Translations under genes and position numbers: made by a program
DNA from: Candidatus Omnitrophota bacterium
GTDB taxonomy: Bacteria > Omnitrophota > Gorgyraeia > Gorgyraeales > Gorgyraeaceae
Direction: 5' to 3'
Length of the DNA: 64,000 bases
Assembly (NCBI GenBank): GCA_043814965.1
Contig: JBDRJN010000003.1
Location: 68,564-132,563 of the forward strand
The notes under the pieces: generated by a model
Seen by the model: the letters and a program-made list of their open reading frames with translations, nothing else
The model's database searches: none
Told to the model about the DNA's origin: nothing
In this document: one piece after another, positions 25,513 to 36,827 of the stretch
Numbering within the stretch: the first letter of the stretch is position 1
Layout: every line of letters begins with the position of its first letter

Positions 25513-28194
25513 CTACTTACTATTTTTTAATGCTGCCTGCGCTGCTGCTAAACGCGCTATAGGAACCCTATAAGGAGAACAGCTTACGTAGTTAAGCCCT
25601 GCTTTACAGCAAAATTCAACACTCTTAGGCTCTCCTCCATGTTCTCCGCAAATGCCGCATTTTAAGGTCTTTCTTGTTTTTCTTCCCAGAGTTACAGCTT
25701 GTTTTACAAGTTGTCCTACCCCCTCTTGATCTATTGTCTGGAAAGGATCGTCAGGAAGTATCTTTTTATTTATATAATCAGGCAAGAAACCCCCTATATC
25801 GTCCCTTGAATACCCGAACGTCATCTGTGTAAGGTCATTTGTGCCAAATGAAAAGAACTCTGCTTTCTCAGCTATCTTATCTGCTATCAGAGCTGCTCTT
25901 GGTATCTCTATCATGGTCCCTACCATATAACTTACCTTCTTGCTTGATCTCCCTATGATAGCATCGGCAGTGTCTCTAACTATATTTTCAAGATAATCAA
26001 ACTCTGCTTTTGTACCTATAAGAGGTATCATGATCTCAGGAAGGACCTTTATGCCTTTTTTAGCCATATTACATGCAGCTTCTACTATAGCGCGTGTCTG
26101 CATAGTACATAACTCAGGATAGGTGATACTGAGCCTGCATCCGCGATGCCCAAGCATAGGGTTCATCTCATGCAGGTTCTTTACCAGGTCCCTGATCTTA
26201 TCAGTGGAGAGTTCCATTCTCTTGGCCATCTCTTCTATGCCGCTTTCATTGTTAGGTAAAAACTCATGTAAGGGCGGGTCCAAAAGCCTTATCGTGACAG
26301 GAAGGCCGTTCATTTCTTTAAAAATACCTTCAAAATCCTTTCTCTGATAAGGAAGAAGCTTTGCCAATGCCTTTTCTCTCTGTTCCTTATCCTGAGCGAG
26401 TATAAATTCTCGTATAGCCCAGATCCTCTCTCCCTCAAAGAACATATGCTCGGTCCTGGTAAGGCCTATGCCTTCAGCGCCAAGACGCCTTGCAGCCAGA
26501 GAATCTTTAGGAGTATCAGAATTAGTACGGATCTTTATCTTTCTATACTTATCTGCCCAGTCCATTATCTGCATGAACATCTTATAGATAGGGTCTTTTT
26601 TTGCTGTCGCGTTATTTTCTACTACTCCTGCGATAACAGGGCTGGAGCTTGACTTTATATCTCCCAGCATCACTTCTCCTAAAGAACCATCCAGGGATAG
26701 GTAGTCACCTTCCTTTACAATAGTACTGCCTACTTCTATTTCTTTTTTAGAGTAGCTTATGTTTAAAGCGCTGCATCCAGCTATACAGCACTTACCCCAG
26801 CCTCTTGCTACAACTGCTGCATGAGAAGTCATGCCTCCGGTAGAGGTCAATATGCCGACTGCTGCATCCATACCTGCCACATCTTCAGGAGAAGTCTCGT
26901 GTCTTACAAGTATGACCTTTTTGCCTTTATCCCTCCACGCTTCAGCATCTTTTGCAGTAAATACTACCTGCCCAGAAGCTGCGCCTGGTCCAGCAGGAAG
27001 GCCTTTGGCTATTACCCTTGCTTCTTTCTTTGCTTTTGGGTCAAATATAGGAAAGAGCAATTGATTAAGCTGATTGCCCTCTATCCTTAAAAGTGCTTCT
27101 TTTGGTGTGATCATCTTTTCCTTTACCATATCATACGCGATCTTTACTGCTGCAACCCCTGTCCTCTTCCCGGTCCTTGTCTGCAGCATGTACAGCTTGC
27201 CTTCTTGTATGGTAAATTCTATGTCCTGCATATCTTTATAATGTTTTTCAAGCCTGGTGCGTATAGCATCCAGTTCTTTATACACTTTTGGCATCTCTTT
27301 TTTAAGGTCACTTATTGGCTCAGGCGTACGTATGCCAGCAACAACATCTTCCCCTTGTGCATTTACCAGGAATTCACCAAAAAACTCTCCACTACCTGTG
27401 GAAGGGTTACGCGTAAAAGCTACTCCAGTAGCTGATGTATCACCCATGTTTCCAAAAACCATTGCCTGCACATTGACCGCTGTACCTAAAAGCCCTGTGA
27501 TCTTATTTATCCTTCTATATACAACAGCTCTCTCTGTGTCCCATGATTTAAAGACAGCATCCACTGCAGCCATGAGCTGCTCTTTTGCATTGTTCGGAAA
27601 ATCTTTCTTAACATGCTCTTTATAGACAGCTTTGTATTCCCCTACGAGTTCCTTTAACTGGCCTGCTGTCAGTTCATTATCCAGTTTGGCGCCGTATTTT
27701 TTCTTGAGAGCGGACATCTTCTCTTCAAAATACTCATGCTCCACTCCCATCACTACATCTCCGAACATATCTATGAACCTTCTATAAGCATCCCAGGCAA
27801 GCCTTTCATTTGATGTCTTCTTTGCCATGCCTTTTACTGAGTCATCATTAAGCCCGAGATTCAAGATCGTATTCATCATGCCAGGCATTGACGCTGCAGC
27901 ACCGCTCCTTACTGATACCAAAAGCGGATTACTAGGGTCCCCTAACTTTGCGCCCATGGCTTTCTCAAGCTTTATGATATTCTTATCTATCTCTTTCTGT
28001 AGATCGCTGGGATATTTTTTTCCGTGTTTGTAATAATGGTCACAGACTGCTGTGGATATGGTAAATCCTGGCGGTACAGGGATATCTATATTTGTCATCT
28101 CTGCTAAATTTGCACCCTTGCCTCCCAAGAGCGATTTCATCTTTGCATTGCCTTCAGCCTTGCCCTCACCAAAGAAGTAAACCAATTTGGCCAT
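25513..28194 (-). CDS. ppdK: pyruvate, phosphate dikinase
   Basis: MAKLVYFFGEG...GGKGANLAEM; catalytic GGMTSHAAVVARG; PEP-utilising C-terminal domain; start chosen at the ATG with an AAAGGA RBS. Confidence 0.95.
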   Translation of the reverse strand: MAKLVYFFGEGKAEGNAKMKSLLGGKGANLAEMTNIDIPVPPGFTISTAVCDHYYKHGKKYPSDLQKEIDKNIIKLEKAMGAKLGDPSNPLLVSVRSGAAASMPGMMNTILNLGLNDDSVKGMAKKTSNERLAWDAYRRFIDMFGDVVMGVEHEYFEEKMSALKKKYGAKLDNELTAGQLKELVGEYKAVYKEHVKKDFPNNAKEQLMAAVDAVFKSWDTERAVVYRRINKITGLLGTAVNVQAMVFGNMGDTSATGVAFTRNPSTGSGEFFGEFLVNAQGEDVVAGIRTPEPISDLKKEMPKVYKELDAIRTRLEKHYKDMQDIEFTIQEGKLYMLQTRTGKRTGVAAVKIAYDMVKEKMITPKEALLRIEGNQLNQLLFPIFDPKAKKEARVIAKGLPAGPGAASGQVVFTAKDAEAWRDKGKKVILVRHETSPEDVAGMDAAVGILTSTGGMTSHAAVVARGWGKCCIAGCSALNISYSKKEIEVGSTIVKEGDYLSLDGSLGEVMLGDIKSSSSPVIAGVVENNATAKKDPIYKMFMQIMDWADKYRKIKIRTNSDTPKDSLAARRLGAEGIGLTRTEHMFFEGERIWAIREFILAQDKEQREKALAKLLPYQRKDFEGIFKEMNGLPVTIRLLDPPLHEFLPNNESGIEEMAKRMELSTDKIRDLVKNLHEMNPMLGHRGCRLSITYPELCTMQTRAIVEAACNMAKKGIKVLPEIMIPLIGTKAEFDYLENIVRDTADAIIGRSSKKVSYMVGTMIEIPRAALIADKIAEKAEFFSFGTNDLTQMTFGYSRDDIGGFLPDYINKKILPDDPFQTIDQEGVGQLVKQAVTLGRKTRKTLKCGICGEHGGEPKSVEFCCKAGLNYVSCSPYRVPIARLAAAQAALKNSK

Positions 28195-28203
28195 TTTAAT
28201 CAT

Positions 28204-28406
28204 TCCTTTCTTGTCTTAAGTTTAAAAATAAAAGTGCAAAAATAAAAACTACATATCTAAATTCAAAATTACAAGTCACGATGAACAAAACCTACTTTAA
28301 AATAGCAAGCCCCTTAACTATTTTACTTCCCTATAACTTCTATTTTTAAATTTTGGTTTGTCATTTTGCATTTTTATTTTTTATTTTTGAATTTACAATG
28401 TACCGA
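28204..28406. repeat. AT-rich inverted-repeat intergenic element upstream of ppdK
   Basis: Left arm 28221-28275 (aaaataaaagtgcaaaaataaaaactacatatctaaattcaaaatt). The reverse complement of the right arm 28341-28400 reads cattgtaaattcaaaaataaaaataaaaatgcaaaatgacaaaccaaaatt. Confidence 0.5.
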
Positions 28407-30461
28407 TTATCCTACCGTTATCTGCGGTAATCTCGCTAGATCCGCGACATTCTCCGAATAAAGACTGTTTATTGCTTTCATCAAAGAAAGCCTGTTCTTA
28501 CGTACTGCAGCATCCTCGACATTGACCATCACGTTGTCAAAAAACTCATGGAGCACTTTATAAAATGCCTCTGCATAAGCCAGTGTTGAGTCTTTATACA
28601 TCTCTTTTTTTATAAGGGCTTCTATCTTTTCCTTTGAATTGACATAAGAATCCCAGGCCTCTTTTTCCAGTTTCTCTTTAAACAGAGATGTATCTACTTT
28701 ACCTATATCTTCCTTTGAGGCCTTCAGGATGTTGCTGGTCCTTTCAACTACTTTTGCAGCTTGGGAAAAATATTTTGCATTACTTATAGATGATAGCTCT
28801 TTTATCCTCTTAAAGATACCTACTATGTCATAACTCCTGACCCCTAATACAGCCTTCTTTAATTCCGGAGGTCTGACATCTCCCATAAGGTAATCTATTC
28901 TTTCTTTGATATATTCCAGAGCTTTTTCTTTCAACGCTTCTTTTTCAAGCTTTAGCTTGCCTTGATAAAGCGCTATAGATCTTTCGATAAGCCTATCCAG
29001 CTGTATCCTTATGGAGTTTGTCTTTATGATCTGTATAAGCCCCTGCGAATTTCTTCTCAGGCCAAACGGGTCAAAGCTCCCGCTTATGTCAACGCCCATA
29101 CCCAGAAACCCGACTATATTATCTATCCTGTCAGATATAGCTAAAATAGACCCTGAAAGTGTCTCGGGAATATTGTCGTCCATGCCTTGAGGCAGGTATT
29201 GCTCTCCTATTGCCTCTGCGACCCTCTTATTCTCGCTGTTTTTTAAGGCGTAGACCTTGCCTATGACCCCCTGCAGGCTGGGAAACTCTCCGACCATGTG
29301 AGTCACCAGGTCCGCCTTTGAAAGATACGCAGCCCTCTCCACATCTTTTTTCAAAGAACTATCTTCTTTTAGCTCATCCGCCATGAAAGAAGCCAGTTTT
29401 TTCAGACGCTCAATTTTTTCGAACATATTACCTAACTCTTTCTGAAAAATCAAGTCTTTTAATTTAAATAAATTTTCTGAAAGAGGCCTTTTGGTATCCT
29501 CGACGAAGAAAAATAACGAGTCCTTTAATTTTGCTTCCAGGATAAATTCATAATTCTTTTTTATTGCCTTCATGTCGCGTTTTTTGCCATCTTCTATGAC
29601 TGCTATGAATTTGTTCACGAGCTTTTTATCTTTTACTACAGGAAATATCCTCTGATGCTTTGCCATGCTTGCCTTGAGTACGTCCTGGGGTAATTCTAAG
29701 AACTTTTTATCAAACCCCCCTATAAAGACCCTGGGAGAATTGACCAAAAAATTCACTTCTTCTAAGAGGTTATTATCTATCACCTCATCTGCGTCAAGTT
29801 CTTTCATGGAGCGCTTTACGAGGTTTTTTATCTCTTCTTTTCTAAAGCTGGCTTTTTTTAATTTTTTACAATATTTTTCCGGACTTGTGGCTTCCAGTAT
29901 CTCCTGAGGTACGCTGCCTATCTCTATAGGGATATTCTCTTTTCCGAATAATGCGGCTATTGATTTTATGGGCCTTGCAAAACTTACCCCCGAATCATCC
30001 CATTTCATTGTCTTTGGAAAAGGTATGGTCTTTATTATGAGCGGCGAGATCTCTTTTAGGATATCGATAGTATTGCGGGCATGTTTTTTCTTTTCAATGA
30101 CCACATACTCACCTCTTGGGGTGGGTTTTTCTTTTAAATCTTCCACTTTTACGCCGAGTTTTTTCGCAAAACCTATAGTAGCCATGGTAGGCGCACCGGA
30201 ACTATCGTATGCAATGTGTTTTGGAGGGCCCAGGATCTCTTCGAAAGACTCTTTTTGTTCTATAGGCAAGTCTTTTATATACGTACAAAGAGAATCTTTT
30301 GCTGCAAAAAGCACTATAGAAAGATCTTTCTCGTCTCTACCTAACAAGATACTTTCTTTTCTAAAGCTATTTTCCAGATAATCGCACGCGCCTTCAATAT
30401 AGCTCGCGGGAAGTTCCTCTGTCTTTATATCCAATAAAAAATCTCTGGTATCTTCTTTCAT
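28407..30461 (-). CDS. glyS: glycine--tRNA ligase beta subunit
   Basis: 684 aa; follows glyQ with a 4 bp overlap; GlyS-type helical/anticodon-binding architecture. Confidence 0.9.
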   Translation of the reverse strand: MKEDTRDFLLDIKTEELPASYIEGACDYLENSFRKESILLGRDEKDLSIVLFAAKDSLCTYIKDLPIEQKESFEEILGPPKHIAYDSSGAPTMATIGFAKKLGVKVEDLKEKPTPRGEYVVIEKKKHARNTIDILKEISPLIIKTIPFPKTMKWDDSGVSFARPIKSIAALFGKENIPIEIGSVPQEILEATSPEKYCKKLKKASFRKEEIKNLVKRSMKELDADEVIDNNLLEEVNFLVNSPRVFIGGFDKKFLELPQDVLKASMAKHQRIFPVVKDKKLVNKFIAVIEDGKKRDMKAIKKNYEFILEAKLKDSLFFFVEDTKRPLSENLFKLKDLIFQKELGNMFEKIERLKKLASFMADELKEDSSLKKDVERAAYLSKADLVTHMVGEFPSLQGVIGKVYALKNSENKRVAEAIGEQYLPQGMDDNIPETLSGSILAISDRIDNIVGFLGMGVDISGSFDPFGLRRNSQGLIQIIKTNSIRIQLDRLIERSIALYQGKLKLEKEALKEKALEYIKERIDYLMGDVRPPELKKAVLGVRSYDIVGIFKRIKELSSISNAKYFSQAAKVVERTSNILKASKEDIGKVDTSLFKEKLEKEAWDSYVNSKEKIEALIKKEMYKDSTLAYAEAFYKVLHEFFDNVMVNVEDAAVRKNRLSLMKAINSLYSENVADLARLPQITVG

Positions 30462-31306
30462 CTTTTATCCAAATAACTCTCTGCGCATCTTTTGGCTAAT
30501 GACCTGATCCTGCCGATATATCGAGGGCGCTCATTCTGGCTCACAGCGCCTCTTGCATCCAGGATATTAAATGCATGAGATGCCTTCAGGACAAAACTAT
30601 ACGCAGGATATAAAAGGTCTTTTTCTAAAAGCCCTTTTGCCTCTTTCTCAAAGTCCTCGAAGAGCTTGAGGTACATATCTATACTTGCTTCGTCAAAATT
30701 ATATTTTGAGCCCTGTATCTCTTGAGTTCTGTGCAGGTCTCCATAGCTTATGCCTCTCTGCCACTCAAGGTCAAAGACATTGAACTTATTCTGGATGAAC
30801 ATACAAATTCTTTCAAGCCCATAAGTTATCTCGCATGGTACAAGATCAAGCTCTATACCGCCTATTTGCTGAAAATACGTGAACTGCGTGATCTCCAGAC
30901 TATCAAGCCAGACCTCCCATCCAAGCCCTGACGCGCCAAGCGTAGGGGATTCCCAGTCATCTTCCACAAACCTCACCTCGTGCTTTTCAATGTCAATACC
31001 CAGCGCCTTTAGACTATCCAGGTATATCTTTTTTATATCTTTAGGGCTTGGTTTTATAAGGACTTGATACTGGTAATAAAACTGCATCCTAAGGGGGTTA
31101 TCCGCATATCTACCATCAGTAGGCCGCCTTGATGGCTGGACGTATGCAGTGTTCCATTTGTCGTTTCCCAGTGATCTAAAAAAAGTGGCTGGATGAAAAG
31201 TACCTGCGCCTACTTCTGTATCAAGAGGCTGCACAAGCGTGCATCCTCTCTTGCTCCAATAAGCATTAAGCTTATCAATGACCTCTACAAATGTCAATTT
31301 TTTCAT
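30458..31306 (-). CDS. glyQ: glycine--tRNA ligase alpha subunit
   Basis: [37 protein letters not shown] is a canonical GlyQ N-terminus. Confidence 0.95.
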   Translation of the reverse strand: MKKLTFVEVIDKLNAYWSKRGCTLVQPLDTEVGAGTFHPATFFRSLGNDKWNTAYVQPSRRPTDGRYADNPLRMQFYYQYQVLIKPSPKDIKKIYLDSLKALGIDIEKHEVRFVEDDWESPTLGASGLGWEVWLDSLEITQFTYFQQIGGIELDLVPCEITYGLERICMFIQNKFNVFDLEWQRGISYGDLHRTQEIQGSKYNFDEASIDMYLKLFEDFEKEAKGLLEKDLLYPAYSFVLKASHAFNILDARGAVSQNERPRYIGRIRSLAKRCAESYLDKR

Positions 31307-31310
31307 ATCT

Positions 31311-31949
31311 TTATCCTTTAAAAACTTTACTGGTCTTCAGGGGCCTGTCCAGGTTTTTATTTATTATATCCTCGGTTACGTTCCTGATCTCCTGCTCGAC
31401 ATCACTGGCTAATTTGATCTTTGACGAAAGCTCCCAGTTGGATTCTTCAAAGTTCTTGAGGGTCGACATAGCGCCTTTTGTCAATTTATACATATCCCTG
31501 CCAGGCCAGAGGCCCAAAGAACCCAAAAACTTCACTTCAAAAAGCCTTGCCACTGACAAAGGTTCTTTTTTGTTGTCCAGCGATATAAAGGCATTCAACA
31601 TGTTCTCAAAAAGGCCTTTATCCTCACTGCCAGGCTCTGTAAATATATCTACAAGTTCGATTATATAATAAGCTATATGAGCTCTATCCCAATCCTGCAG
31701 TATATTTAGAAATATCCTTTCGGTCTCACACTGTGATATCGTAAAGATATCCCTCTTGTTTTCGTAAAAGACTACCTGATCAAGGCTGAAGAACAAAGGC
31801 TTTATCACGCTTCTAGCCCTAGAACCCCTTGCGCCCTTTAACACGCCATTGATCTTGCCAAAATCCCTGGTAAAATAGCTGACTATAAGACTAGTTTCCC
31901 TCAGGTCCCTCTTTTTTAAAAGCAGTCCTACTGTTTTCTGTATCGCCAT
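31311..31949 (-). CDS. recO: DNA repair protein RecO
   Basis: N-terminal OB-fold region ([32 protein letters not shown]); position in the recO-glyQS arrangement. Confidence 0.8.
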   Translation of the reverse strand: MAIQKTVGLLLKKRDLRETSLIVSYFTRDFGKINGVLKGARGSRARSVIKPLFFSLDQVVFYENKRDIFTISQCETERIFLNILQDWDRAHIAYYIIELVDIFTEPGSEDKGLFENMLNAFISLDNKKEPLSVARLFEVKFLGSLGLWPGRDMYKLTKGAMSTLKNFEESNWELSSKIKLASDVEQEIRNVTEDIINKNLDRPLKTSKVFKG

Positions 31950-32565
31950 AATAATTTTTAGGGTTTACCGCGCCTCCTGAAATAACTATCTTCATACCTT
32001 CAGCGACTGACATCCTCATAGGTATAGTCTCCTCCGCAGGCACCAGGGTAAGTATCCCAGAGGTCGGATTAGGGGTGGTCGGTATAAATACGTTTAGAAA
32101 CTCTTTACCGATCCTTTCCCTTACTTCACCTTTCGTCTCTCCTATCACAAAGCCAAACTGGAATATGCCTTTTCTTGGATATTCTACAAGGACTACTCTT
32201 TTAAATATAGTATCTTTCTGTATAAAAAACGCAAAGGATATCTCTTTGATGGTCCTATAGACTATATTTATCATGGGTACTTTATACAGGATCTTTTCCC
32301 CAAAACCAAATACATTACGCAATATCAATATCCTCGTAGCAAAACCTATCAATATCACAAGGACTATTAATACAAAAAATATAGCTGCCTTTATAAGGAC
32401 GTCTACATTCTCCGGCGGTAACCAGTGATACAAAAAAGTCGCTATAGGCTCTAAAAGCATCCTATTGAATTTATCGATTACAAAATAGAACAACCAAAAT
32501 GTTACGATCAAAGGTATCAAGACTAAAAAACCTGTCAAAAAATTAGCTCTTATTCTCTTAAACAT
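31891..32565 (-). CDS. DUF502 family membrane protein
   Basis: Two N-terminal TM helices and the conserved DUF502 core (GFVIGETKG...IPTTPNPTSG). Confidence 0.8.
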   Translation of the reverse strand: MFKRIRANFLTGFLVLIPLIVTFWLFYFVIDKFNRMLLEPIATFLYHWLPPENVDVLIKAAIFFVLIVLVILIGFATRILILRNVFGFGEKILYKVPMINIVYRTIKEISFAFFIQKDTIFKRVVLVEYPRKGIFQFGFVIGETKGEVRERIGKEFLNVFIPTTPNPTSGILTLVPAEETIPMRMSVAEGMKIVISGGAVNPKNYYGDTENSRTAFKKEGPEGN

Positions 32566-32566
32566 A

Positions 32567-33268
32567 TCATCCTCTCAACAATTGAAACAATAAAAGTGTT
32601 ACCAGTACACCCATGCTTGAACCTATAAAGACCTCGAACCAGGAATGTACCTTATCTTTTATCCTGCTTCTAGCGACTAAAAAAGCCAATATAAACACTA
32701 AAAAGATAACCAATCTATTTGGATAAAGAAGCGATATTATCGTCCATATGGAAAAAGATACTGCGCTATGCCCGCTAGGCATGCCGCCCCTAAAAGGCGT
32801 CCCGCTATTGAGGCCTATCTTGCTGAATACGACCAATGCCAATACAAATATAAGTACTATAAAAGTCAGGTGCCAGCTTGATCCCCGTATCTTTATGATA
32901 TTTTGCTCTAACCTGAATCCGACCCTGCTTGTAAATAAAATATATCCGACTACAATGGAAGAGATCGCCCCCAGCAGCACAGCTCCCGCGCATATGTCTT
33001 TTATGATCCTTGCCAGCGGATGAAACTCTTCTTTTATAAGATCAATAGTGTGTTCCAGGGCTGTATTAAGCATCTCCGCAAACAAAACAAAGGTTATTGT
33101 AAGACATAGGGCTATTATTTCTAAATTTGTAAAATTAAGGATAAGCCCCAGCAAGATAACGCTAAGTCCTATTAAAAAATGAAGCCTCATGTTACGCTGG
33201 GTCTTAAATACATATATAAAGCCTTCTATCGCGGAATTAAAACTGTCTACCAGCCTGCCCTGCTTCAC
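32567..33268 (-). CDS. fusion of DgkA-type (undecaprenol/diacylglycerol) kinase with a PAP2 phosphatase domain
   Basis: N-terminal ~120 aa DgkA fold (SAIEGFIYVFKTQRNMRLH...EMLNTALEHTID); C-terminal PAP2 motifs (PSGH and SRxxxxxH: SRIKDKVH). Confidence 0.7.
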   Translation of the reverse strand: MKQGRLVDSFNSAIEGFIYVFKTQRNMRLHFLIGLSVILLGLILNFTNLEIIALCLTITFVLFAEMLNTALEHTIDLIKEEFHPLARIIKDICAGAVLLGAISSIVVGYILFTSRVGFRLEQNIIKIRGSSWHLTFIVLIFVLALVVFSKIGLNSGTPFRGGMPSGHSAVSFSIWTIISLLYPNRLVIFLVFILAFLVARSRIKDKVHSWFEVFIGSSMGVLVTLLLFQLLRG

Positions 33269-33693
33269 ATCGCCTCCAGTAATTCTTTTTGCTTATTATT
33301 CATCTTGTTTCTAAAGGCCTCTTTGTCATCCCGATAGCCCAGTAGATGCAGGATGCCATGCACGAGATACAATTCTATCTCTTTCTGGATAGGCCTTTTT
33401 CTCCTCATAGCCTCTCTCCTGGCAGTTTCAAGAGATATTACAACATCTCCTAAGATAGAGCTGTCTTCTCTTGATCCCTTGCCTTCTCTCATTGAAAAAG
33501 CCAATACATCGGTTTTTTTGTCTATCCTGCGATATTTCTTGTTAAGTTTTTTTATATATCCATCATCCACGAACAATAGGCTCAACTCGCTTTTTGCTTC
33601 TTTCATTGCCCTCAAGACCTGCCTGGCGCAATAAAGTACTTTTTTCTTATCTATATCTACAATACTCTGCAGGTCCAATAGGTCTATATTCAT
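33265..33693 (-). CDS. ybeY: endoribonuclease YbeY (rRNA maturation)
   Basis: HGILHLLGY(R)DD metal-binding motif. Confidence 0.9.
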   Translation of the reverse strand: MNIDLLDLQSIVDIDKKKVLYCARQVLRAMKEAKSELSLLFVDDGYIKKLNKKYRRIDKKTDVLAFSMREGKGSREDSSILGDVVISLETARREAMRRKRPIQKEIELYLVHGILHLLGYRDDKEAFRNKMNNKQKELLEAM

Positions 33694-35870
33694 CTCTTTT
33701 GTGTCGTAGCATCGTCCTGATCAGGATATTCTACCCTGGTATGAAATATCCCTGTAAGTATATGTGTAAATATCCCTGCTATCTTTTCAAGGTCGCTAAG
33801 GGTCAGATCACACTCGTCCAACTGCCCGTCTATAAACTTATTGTTTATGATCTTCCTTACCAGGCCTTTTACCCTGGAAGGTGTAGGGTCATCCAATGAA
33901 CGCGATGCAGCTTCTACTGAATCAGCCAAAAGTACACTCGCAGCTTCTTTTGTCTGGGGTTTTGGCCCTGGATACCTAAAGGACTGCTCACCGACTTCTT
34001 CATCGTTCTTTATTTTTTCAAGGGCTCGCTTGAAAAAATAAAAAACAACCCCTGTGCCATGGTGCTGATTTATTATATCTATTATCTTTTTATTAAGCTT
34101 GTAATTCTTTGCCATCTCCACGCCATTTTTAACATGGCTTGTTATGATGAGGCTGCTCATAGTGGGAGATAATTTATCGTGGCTGGACTCTCCCATACCT
34201 TGATTTTCACTAAAATAAGAGGACTTTTCTAGTTTTCCTATATCATGAAAATAAGACCCGACCCTTGCAAGAAGTGAATTCGCACCTATTGCTTCACATG
34301 CAGCTTCAGCAAGGTTTCCGACAACTAGACTATGGTGATATGTGCCAGGCGCCTTTATGACCATTTCTTTTAAAAGCGGGTGATTGAGGTCAGCTAATTC
34401 CAGAAGGCTTATATCAGTGGATATTTTGAAGATGTTCTCAAAAAACGGCAATATGCCTGCTACTATTATCGCTGACATTATACCATTGGCTAGGCCAAAA
34501 AGGGATTCTGTGATGTAGGTATTAAAATCTAATGCCCTTATAAGGCCCATTGCTATAAAATAACTCATATTAGCACAACCTACTGATAGGCCAGCTTGCA
34601 GGATCTGCGACCTTCTCCTCACGCCTCTCATTGCAAAAATACCTATTATACCTCCTACAAGAGAAACCCCTGTTATGTCCAACCTATTTCCTGATATCAT
34701 GCCTACCAATACACTCAAAACACATGTTGTTACAAGCGCCAGGCGGCTATTTATGAGTACCGCTATCAACATAGATGCCACCGAAACAGGTACTAAATTA
34801 CTTGGCCAGGGAGATGCTATTATGATCTTTGATGTCAATATCATAGAAACGCATATAACCGCCAAGAGGACCATTTCTTTGTTGCCTTTTACAAGTTCAG
34901 TGTCATAGAATCTTATATATAAGGAAAGCAGCAATATAAACAACCCCACCAATATACTTATAGCAAAGATATTTCCAAGCCTCATAGCTTGCGATTCATT
35001 CTGATGTATCCCTTTTAATTTTGCTATATGCAATTTTCCTATACGCTCTCCTTTATTGATAATGATCTCGTTCTTTTTGACTTCTATTCTCCTATATATA
35101 GGCTCTATCCCTGAAAGCATGGTACGGATCTCGGTTTCAAGTTCTTCCTTGTTTGGCATGGCATTGATATTCAACATTGCGTTGATAAGCTCTTTTGCTA
35201 CAGGCCTCTCTTTTTTATCCTTTATGATAGCTGAGGCGTCTTCTATCTTTCTTTTTATGCTCTCAAACGTAAATAACTTGCCTATATCAACGACTTCCTC
35301 ATTTTGGATGCCTCTCGTGCGTAATCTGGCGCCTTTATATTGTTTATTGCTAAGGGCTTCATGATCGGAAACCGACACTATGTATTCCGACATTATATCT
35401 TTCAATACGATCGAAGTATCTTCCAGGAACTTCTTAATGTCTTTTATCCCCAAAACACTCTCTACGGTTACCTCTGAAAGATTATATTCAGCGGATATCT
35501 TTTTGATCTCTACCTTCATATCTTCAGGGGTCTTACCTGGTAATTCTCCTATAGATCCCATAAGGCCTGTCAGTTTTTTCAAGACATTTTCTTCTGCGCT
35601 CGGCTCATATGTAAATATAGGCAGTATCTTACCCGTGGCTTCTTTCTTGGCCTTTTCAGTAGCATCCGAATCTATATCGCCTTTTATGGTAAAATTGTAT
35701 GGCGCGTAAATATCCCTCAAGGCTATATCGCCTTCCCTAAAACCTGATTCAAAGAGCCCTTTGTCCCACTGCATTATAAAAACAAGAGCGCCGCAAGTCA
35801 AAACAGCGATCACGATATGACTCAGCAGGTTAGTATTTTTAATGGCCTTCTTTTTCAATATATTCTTCAT
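33690..35870 (-). CDS. 7TM receptor with intracellular HD hydrolase (7TMR-HDED / YqfF-like)
   Basis: Extracellular N-domain, seven-helix block, C-terminal HD domain (HHSLVVGNLAEAA...HDIGK). Confidence 0.85.
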   Translation of the reverse strand: MKNILKKKAIKNTNLLSHIVIAVLTCGALVFIMQWDKGLFESGFREGDIALRDIYAPYNFTIKGDIDSDATEKAKKEATGKILPIFTYEPSAEENVLKKLTGLMGSIGELPGKTPEDMKVEIKKISAEYNLSEVTVESVLGIKDIKKFLEDTSIVLKDIMSEYIVSVSDHEALSNKQYKGARLRTRGIQNEEVVDIGKLFTFESIKRKIEDASAIIKDKKERPVAKELINAMLNINAMPNKEELETEIRTMLSGIEPIYRRIEVKKNEIIINKGERIGKLHIAKLKGIHQNESQAMRLGNIFAISILVGLFILLLSLYIRFYDTELVKGNKEMVLLAVICVSMILTSKIIIASPWPSNLVPVSVASMLIAVLINSRLALVTTCVLSVLVGMISGNRLDITGVSLVGGIIGIFAMRGVRRRSQILQAGLSVGCANMSYFIAMGLIRALDFNTYITESLFGLANGIMSAIIVAGILPFFENIFKISTDISLLELADLNHPLLKEMVIKAPGTYHHSLVVGNLAEAACEAIGANSLLARVGSYFHDIGKLEKSSYFSENQGMGESSHDKLSPTMSSLIITSHVKNGVEMAKNYKLNKKIIDIINQHHGTGVVFYFFKRALEKIKNDEEVGEQSFRYPGPKPQTKEAASVLLADSVEAASRSLDDPTPSRVKGLVRKIINNKFIDGQLDECDLTLSDLEKIAGIFTHILTGIFHTRVEYPDQDDATTQKR

Positions 35871-36820
35871 GTCCTGTCCTTATGTTTTTCATAGGCCTTG
35901 ATTATCTCTTGAACCAAGGGGTGCCTTACTACATCCTGGCCGGTAAAGTTTACAAAATCAATATCCTTTATATCCTTGAGTACTTCGTATGCATGACTGA
36001 GGCCTGAGGCCTCTTTTGACGGTAGATCGCTCTGCGTAGCATCGCCTGTTATGACGGTCTTGGAATCAAAACCAAGCCTCGTAAGAAACATCTTCATCTG
36101 ATCTTTTGTGGAATTCTGCGCCTCATCCAATATCACAAAAGAATCGTTCAATGTGCGGCCCCTCATATATGCCAAGGGCGCAACCTCTATAACACCTCTT
36201 TCAATGCAATCCTGGATCTTGCTAGGCTCCATCATATCATACAATGCATCGTATAAAGGCCTTAAATAAGGCGTGACCTTCTCGTATAGATCTCCCGGTA
36301 AATATCCCAAACTTTCTCCAGCTTCGACTGCAGGGCGTGTAAGTATGATACGGGAGACAAGCTGTTTTTTTAACGCATTGACAGCCATGGCCATCGCTAG
36401 ATATGTTTTCCCTGTACCAGCCGGGCCCATACCAAATACAATATCAAATTTACGTATTGCATCAACATATCTCTTTTGCCCTGCTGTCTTAGGCGTTACG
36501 AACTGCCTTTTGGAAGAGACCTCTATTTTATCAAGATATATGTCTTGAATATCAAGTCCTGGATCTTTCTTAAAAGACCTTATAGAATAGGCTATCTCGT
36601 CTCTTTTTATCGCGCCGCCTTTACGCAATACCTCCAGAAGCTCCTCAAAAAGCCTTGAACTTTTCCCTACTGATTCCTTCCCGCCGCTAATGACCAATTT
36701 GTCTCCTCGAGAAATGATCTTTACCCCAAAACTTGACTCTACCAGCCTGAGGTTTTCATCACAGTTACCAAAAAGCGCTTTTGCTTCATTAGAGTTATTG
36801 AGGGCTATGATCTTTTCCAT
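35867..36820 (-). CDS. phoH: PhoH-like ATPase
   Basis: Walker A (GPAGTGKTYLA), Walker B (FVILDEAQN); first gene of the phoH-7TM/HD-ybeY-dgkA block. Confidence 0.9.
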   Translation of the reverse strand: MEKIIALNNSNEAKALFGNCDENLRLVESSFGVKIISRGDKLVISGGKESVGKSSRLFEELLEVLRKGGAIKRDEIAYSIRSFKKDPGLDIQDIYLDKIEVSSKRQFVTPKTAGQKRYVDAIRKFDIVFGMGPAGTGKTYLAMAMAVNALKKQLVSRIILTRPAVEAGESLGYLPGDLYEKVTPYLRPLYDALYDMMEPSKIQDCIERGVIEVAPLAYMRGRTLNDSFVILDEAQNSTKDQMKMFLTRLGFDSKTVITGDATQSDLPSKEASGLSHAYEVLKDIKDIDFVNFTGQDVVRHPLVQEIIKAYEKHKDRT

Positions 36821-36827
36821 AATAACT

